Below are positions 57,708 through 64,000 of a stretch of 64,000 nt of DNA, piece after piece. Source of the DNA: Mobula hypostoma (taxonomy: Eukaryota); the NCBI RefSeq assembly GCF_963921235.1, contig NC_086101.1:9240001-9304000 (forward strand). The letters run 5' to 3'. The notes under the pieces were generated by a model. It worked only from the letters and a program-made list of their open reading frames with translations. It was not told where the DNA came from and ran no database searches. A program made the translations under genes and the position numbers. Numbering within the stretch: the stretch's first letter is position 1; every line of letters starts with the position of its first letter.

Positions 57708-59144
57708 GTGTCCGACCCCTGGTCGTCCCGCCAGCAGCGACATCTGTCCTACATCTCCGAGTACACGACGGACATCCGGCATGTCTCTGGAAAGAACAAT
57801 GTCGTGGCAGACGCACTTTCCAGACCTACCATACAGGCCCTGTCCCAGGGGGTGGACTATGCAGCGCTGGCAGAGGCACAGCAGGCAGACGCTGAGATCC
57901 CCAGTTACAGGACTGCAGTCTCCGGTTTGCAGCTCCAAGACCTCCCCGTAGGCCCCGGTGAGAGGACCCTACTATGCGACCTAGCTACTGGCCAACCCCG
58001 CCCCGTCGTCCCAGCAGCCTGGCGCCGGCGGGTGTTCGAATCCATTCACAACTTAGAGCACCCCTCCATCAGGACAACTGTCCGGCTGGTCTCCAACAGG
58101 TTCGTGTGGCATGGACTTCGTAAACAGATCAGTGAATGGGCCAAAACGTGCATGCAGTGCCAAACGGCCAAGGTGCAGCAGCACACCAAGGCTCCACCGC
58201 AGCGGTTCGAACCCACCCGCCGGAGGTTCGACCACATCCATGTGGATATCGTGGGGCCCCTGCCAGTGTCGCGAGGAGCGCGGTACCTCCTAACTATGAT
58301 AGACCGATTCACCAGATGGCCAGGGGCAGTCCCGCTCAGCGACACCACCTCCGAATCCTGCGCCCGAGCACTGATCGCAACCTGGGTAGCACGCTTTGGG
58401 GTACCGGCCCACATTACCTCCGACAGGGGCGCCCAGTTCACCTCCAGCCTGTGGTCGGCTATGGCCAGACTTTTAGGAACACAGCTACACCACACAACTG
58501 TCTACCACCCACAGTCGAACGGACTAGTGGAGCGCTTCCACCGTCACCTGAAATCGGCTCTCATGGCCCGCCTGGAGGGGCCTAACTGGGTGGACGAACA
58601 TCCTTGGGTCCTGCTCGGAATCCGCACGGCGCCCAAAGACGATCTACACACCTCGTCGGCCGAGTTGGTGTACGGCGCGCCCCTGGTCGTCCCAGGAGAG
58701 TTCATACCAGCCCCAAGGGGGCAAGAGGAAGAACCCACAGCAGTCCTGGACAGACTACGGGAGAGGCTCGGTAACCTGCCCCCCATACCCACTTCACAGC
58801 ACGGACAGAGCCCGACCTGCGTACCCAAAGACCTGCAGAACTGTAAGTTTCTTTTTGTACGACGGGGCGGACACTGGGCACCGCTACAGCGGCCCTACGA
58901 GGGGCCGTTTAAGGTGATCAGGAACAACGGGTCCGCGTTCGTGCTGGACATTGGGGGGAGAGAGGAGGTTTTCACGGTGGACCGACTCAAACCGGCCCAT
59001 GTGGACTTGGCGCAACCGGTCCGGGCTCAGGCACCGCGGCGCAGGGGCAGACCTCCCAAACAGAGGCCGAACCAGACTGTGGACATTGGGGGAGGTATCG
59101 CCGGTTCTGGGGGGGGGGGGGTTATGTGGCGACCCATTTTCTAG
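57708..59144 (+). pseudogene. pol: Gypsy integrase region (open), downstream of pol stops
   Basis: HNLEHP..CMQC, HVDIVGP, TSDRGAQF, VERFH, YEGPF. Confidence 0.85.
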
Positions 59145-61198
59145 CGCACACGAACCGGCTCACGGAACAGCGCGCGCAGGCAGAGGGCCGGCAGCAAAAA
59201 GGGCGCCAGGCCATCTTCACCGGCAGGGGGAAAATCCCGCGCGCAGAAAGGGTCTGGGAATATGCATTCCCCACAGTAGTCCCGCCCAGGGAGGACGGCA
59301 ACGGGAAGGCTTTAAAGCGGGCCGCGAAATTTGAATAAATCTCTTTTATCGCAACTCTAACTCACCGACTCCGTGTGGTTATTCTAGCGCTGTGTGTAGC
59401 ACATCGCTACAATATGACCAAAACATGAGATTCCGTATATTGACTGCCCAGTAATAAAACGTAAAATTTGCTAAAGCTAAACTTCCATTCTTTTCAGCTT
59501 TTTGAAGATGAACTTTATTTAGTCAAGAGAGTTTATTTTTCCATATATATGAAGATATGCTAGAATCAAGAGAATCAAAAAAAGATTTAGGAATAAAAAT
59601 TTAGGCAAGATATTCATTTTAATAGAATTAATTCGGCCAATCAACGACAATGAAAGGGGCGACCATTTGGATAGTGCCCTTTCTACAAAATTCAGCAGCG
59701 TAAAAAAAATTCTTTAAATAAGTATTTATAATTCTTAGTAATTCTTACACCCAAATAAGTAAATTGATTTCTTACAATTTTAAAATGAAGGTTAGCATTA
59801 ATTGATACCAAATTATTCAAAGGAAAATGTTTACTCTTATGAAAATTTAGTTTATGTCCTGAAAACTGACTAAAACAGGTGAGTAAGGAAAGTACGGAAG
59901 GTAATGAAGTGGCAACATTAGAAATATAAAGCAAAAGGTCATCAGCATAAAGCGAAACTTTGCGAGTAATACCTCTCCTTCAAATATAGTGATATAATTA
60001 GATTCTCAGAAAGCAATAGCTAAGGGTTCCAAAGCCAGTTCAAAAAGCAAAGGGCTCAAGGGACAACCTTGTCTAGTTCCACGTTGAAGTTTAAATGGTT
60101 TAGAATTTTGAGAGTTAGTAAGAACCCGAGCGTAGGGAGATAAATAATTTAATCCATTGAATAAAATTGGGCCCAAAATTAAGTTTTTCTAAGGTTTTAA
60201 ATAAGTAATTCCATTCAACCCAATCGAAGGCTTTCTCAGCGTCTAAGGATATCACACATTCCGATATCTCTTTAGAAGGAAAGTAAATAACATTTAATAA
60301 ATGACGAATATTAAAATAGGAATATTGATTTTTAATCCAGTCTGATCATCAAAAATAATAGATGGTAAAATATTTTCAATTCTACCAGCCAGAACTTTGG
60401 ATAGGATTTTAGTGTCAACGTTAAGTAAGGAGATAGGTCTATATGATGAACATTCAGTTGGGTTCTTATTCTTTTTAAGAATAAGTGAAATAGAAGCTTC
60501 ATAAAAAGATTGTGGCAACCTACCCAACTTAAAGGAGTCCGAGAGGACTAAATATAAATGAGGTATAAGCAATGAGGAAAAAGCCTTATAAAATTCTCCA
60601 GAGAAACCGTCAGGACCCGGAGCCTTCCCTGAGTGCAATGAACATAAAGCCTCGGCAATTCCCTCATAAGAAATAGGTTGAGCCAACTGTTTTCGGTTAT
60701 CATCAGAAAGTGTAGGGATGTTCAATTGATCTAAGAAATTATTCATTACTGTATTATCGTTCGGAGAATCAGAACTATAAAGTTTAGAGTAAAATTTTCT
60801 AAAGGTATCATTTATTTCTAAATGGTCAGTTGTCCTATCACTATTAGCTTTACAGATTTCTTTAATTTGCCATTTAACTATAAAGGTTTTTAATTGGTTA
60901 GCCAATAATTTCCCTGTTTTGTCTCCATGAATATAAAATTGACTTTTATCTTTCAGGAGTTAAGTTTCAATTGGATATGTTGAAAGAAGATCATATTTAG
61001 TTTTAATTTCAACACGCCTTTTATATAAAGCAGGTTCTGGAGCCAAGCATATTTTTGTTCTAATTGTTTCAACTGATTAGCTCGTTCAATTCTCTCTTTG
61101 TTAGCTTTCTTCTGAACATTACGTGGGAAGAGACTTCTCGTCTTATTATATGGGATTCCTTCAAGGCTCATATTAGAGGTCAAATTATTTCTCTCTCC

Positions 61199-61297
61199 GC
61201 ACATTTATATTTACACTGACTTACTCCTGACGCCGGTGCTGGTCCCGGACCCGACCCGTTTACAGACCCGGAGCGGAACCAGAGCAGATTCTAAGCC
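61199..61297 (-). pseudogene. Remnant of paralogous TRIM gene: last codons LRICSGSAPGL* and proximal 3'UTR
   Basis: Near-identical to 15345-15422; TAA at 61260-61262. Confidence 0.9.
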
Positions 61298-63306
61298 GCT
61301 TGAAGAATTATGCTTGAACAAGGGAGACTACAACGGGATGAGGGAGGAGCTGGTTAATGTGAATTGGGAGCACAGGCTATTTGGTAGCACAGCTGAGGAA
61401 CAGTGGAATACTTTCAGAGATTTTTCACAGTGCGTAACAGAAGCATGTTCCAGTCAAAAGTAAGGACAGCAAGTGTGGGGAGAGCCAGCCTTGGATAACA
61501 AAGGAAATAAAAGATAGTATCAAATTACAAGCTCATGTGTCCCTTGGAAGACGAGAAGGGGAAATTGATATTGGGTGATAAAGAAATGACTGAGGCATTG
61601 AATAACTATTTTGTGTCGGTCTTCACGGTGAAGGACACGTCCAATATGCCAAAGAAGGATGTTATAGATGAAATGAGAGGTGAGGACCTCAATAAAATCA
61701 TTGTCACTAAAGAGATAGTGATGAGCAAACTCGAGGGCCTGAAGGTAGATAAGTCCCCTGGTCCTGATGGGATGCATCCCAGGATGCTGAAGGAATTGGC
61801 GGAGGTTATATTAGACGTGTTTATCATTTATCAAAACTCTCTAGATTCTGGGCAGGTTCTGGCGGATTGGAAGACAGCAAATGTCACGCCACTTTTTAAA
61901 AAAGGATGTAGCCAAAAGACGGGCAAATATAGGCTTGTTAGTTTAATATCTGTATGTAGTCGGGAAAATGCTTGAAACTGTCAGTAAGGAAGTAATAGTG
62001 AAACACCTAGAAAGGAGTGGTTCCATTAGACAGACACAGCATGGATTCAGAAAGGCATGTCCTGTTTGACAAACTTACTGGAGTTCTTTGAGGACATAAT
62101 GAGTGCAGTGGATAGACAGGAACAGGTGGGTGTCGTATACTTGGATTTCAAGAAGGCGTTTGATAAGGTGCCGCACAAGAGACTTATAAATAAGATACGG
62201 ATGCATGGAGTCGGAGGAAGTGTTTTGGCATGGATAGTGGATTGGTTAACAAACAGAAGGCAGAGGGTTGGTATAAATGGGTGTTTCCCCGGTTGGCAGT
62301 CAGTGATGAGTGGGGTGCCGCAGGGGTCGGTGCTGGGCCCGCAGCTTGATGATTTGGAAGAGGGGACTGAGTGTAGTGTAGCAAAATTTGCTGATGACAC
62401 TGAACTGAGTGGAAAACCAAATTGGATTGAGTCTGCAGAGGGATATAGATAGGTGAAGTGAGTGGGCCAAGGTCTGGCAGATGGAATACAACATTGGTAA
62501 ATGTGAGATCATTGACTTTGTAAGGAATATTAGAAGAGCAGATTATTATTTAAATGGTGAAAGATTGAATCATACTGTTGTGCAGAGGGACTTGGGAGTG
62601 CTTGTTTGTGAATCGCAACAAGTTGGCTTGCAGGTACAACAGGTTATTTAAAGGCAAACGGAATGTTGGCCTTCATTGCTGGAGGGATTGAGTTCAAGAG
62701 CAGGGAGGTCATGCTGCAACTACACAGGGTACTGGTGAGGCCGCACCTAGAGTACTGTGTGCAGTTCTGGTCTCCATACTTCAGGAAGGATATACTGGCT
62801 TTGGAGGCAGTGCAGAAGAGGTTCACCAAGTTGATTCCAGGGATGAAGGGGTTAACCTATGAGGAGAGATTGAGTCGCCTGGGATCATACTCTCTGGAGT
62901 TCAGAAGAATGAGAGGGGGTTTTATAGAACACAAAATTTTGAAAAGGATAGATAATATCGAAGTGGGAAAGTTGTTTCCATTGGTAGGTGAGACTAGAAC
63001 TTGGGGACATTGCCTCAAGATTCAGGGGAGAAGATTTCAGATGGAGATGAGGACAAACTGTTTTTCCCAGAGAGTGGTGAATCTGTGGAATTCTCTCCCC
63101 AGGGAAGCAGTTGAGACTTCCTCACTAAATTTATTTAGGATACTGTTAGGTTGGTTTTCACAAAGTAAGGGAATTAAGGGTTATGGGGAAAAGGCAGGCC
63201 GATGGAGCTGAGTTTACAGACAGATCAGCCATGATCTTATTGAATGGCGGAGTAGGCTCGATGGGCTGGATGGCCTACTCCTGCTCCTATTTCTTATGTT
63301 CTTATG
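61293..63306 (+). mobile_element. 5'-truncated CR1 LINE occupying the position of the TRIM gene body
   Basis: KSPGPDGMHP, SCLTNLLEFFE, VPQGSVLGP, FADD, LVRPHLEYC; (TTCTTATG)2 tail; no TSD. Confidence 0.92.
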
Positions 63307-64000
63307 AAAAGAGAGACACAGAGACTGTAGATGCAGGAATCTGGACGGAAAATAGAGCTGCTGAGGAACTCAGCGGGTCAGACAGCATTTGTGGAGAAAA
63401 ATGGACGGAAGATATGCTGGGTTAAGACTGTGCAGGTGAAGCATCTCAAACTGAAATGTCAATTGTCCATTGCCTGACCCTCAGTGTTCCTCCAAAAGCT
63501 CGTTTTGTTCAGCTTGAGGACTGAAGATAGTCAGACTGGGGTGTAAAAACGGTGGTGGAAGGTAAATTTAAAGCAACTATTAAATCAGTTAAAGGTATGG
63601 AACACGGGATGTGGAGAGAATCTGCTGTGAGGAGACTGATGCTGTGGCAATGACAAAGATGTGGCTGCCGGAATCACCACAGGACTGGACATTGTACGTC
63701 ACAGTGTAGAAAACATTCAACTTCTGATTTCCATTTCCCTTCTTGACTTCACCACATACCGCCCGGCTCCAAAAGTCCGGTCTCACTTGTTCTGGACAGG
63801 ACCTTCTTCATAAATTCTGTGTCTGAGCTGAAGGTCATTATAGATAAGGAGGTTCAGCTGGAACAACCAAGCTACGGATGAAAATACTGGGGTGATGATT
63901 AGGTTATGCTTTGATGGAGTCTTATTATAAAAAGGGGCATTTTATTTGTGCAATGGGAGCTTTTTGTCTCACACCAGAGATAGTGCTGAGATTTACAGAA

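Larger units (their letters stand above)
45694..59411 (+). mobile_element. Gypsy provirus (same family as 24663) with an internal 2.96-kb duplication and a Tx1 insert
   Basis: LTRs 45694-45980 and 59125-59411; TSD ATAT; tRNA-Trp-type PBS 45983-45996; gag TAA at 46288/55624; pol TAG at 48279/57615. Confidence 0.95.
43625..61192 (-). mobile_element. 5'-truncated L1-clade LINE (copy B), split by Gypsy at 45694-59411
   Basis: RT piece 60294..60905 (GKAPGPDGFSGEFYK, YRPISLLNVDTKILSK); target duplication GCACATTTATATTTACACTGACTTA at 43598-43622 and 61199-61223. Confidence 0.9.
41881..63803. repeat. Segmental duplication unit B (TRIM unit with gene body deleted)
   Basis: Same order as unit A: CR1, PLE, unique sequence, L1 with nested repeat, TRIM 3' end, upstream flank. 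Confidence 0.92.

Overview
Eukaryotic, repeat-dense vertebrate DNA. The repeat families (CR1 LINEs with TAGAACA tails, an HE1/V-SINE-like element, Penelope-like ends) and the gene type suggest a cartilaginous fish, probably a ray or shark; this is inference. The only host gene I can reconstruct is a six-exon minus-strand TRIM gene (RING, B-box2, coiled-coil, PRY/SPRY; 31225->15385). All its splice sites are GT-AG, but there is an in-frame TGA in exon 3. The window is a tandem segmental duplication of this TRIM unit (A: ~8958-32030; B: ~41881-63803). In copy B almost the whole gene is gone and a 2-kb CR1 sits in its place, leaving only the last ~11 codons and the 3'UTR. The rest is nested retroelements: CR1s, an L1 in the TRIM 3'UTR, two Gypsy proviruses (tRNA-Trp PBS, -1 frameshift signal), two solo LTRs, mosaic Tx1 copies, and Penelope ends with a minimal hammerhead ribozyme. 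One fully intact Tx1-clade element (ORF1 684 aa, ORF2 1220 aa) is flanked by a ~2.96-kb direct duplication of its Gypsy target. I see no prokaryotic-type system (CRISPR etc.). All alignments were done by eye.
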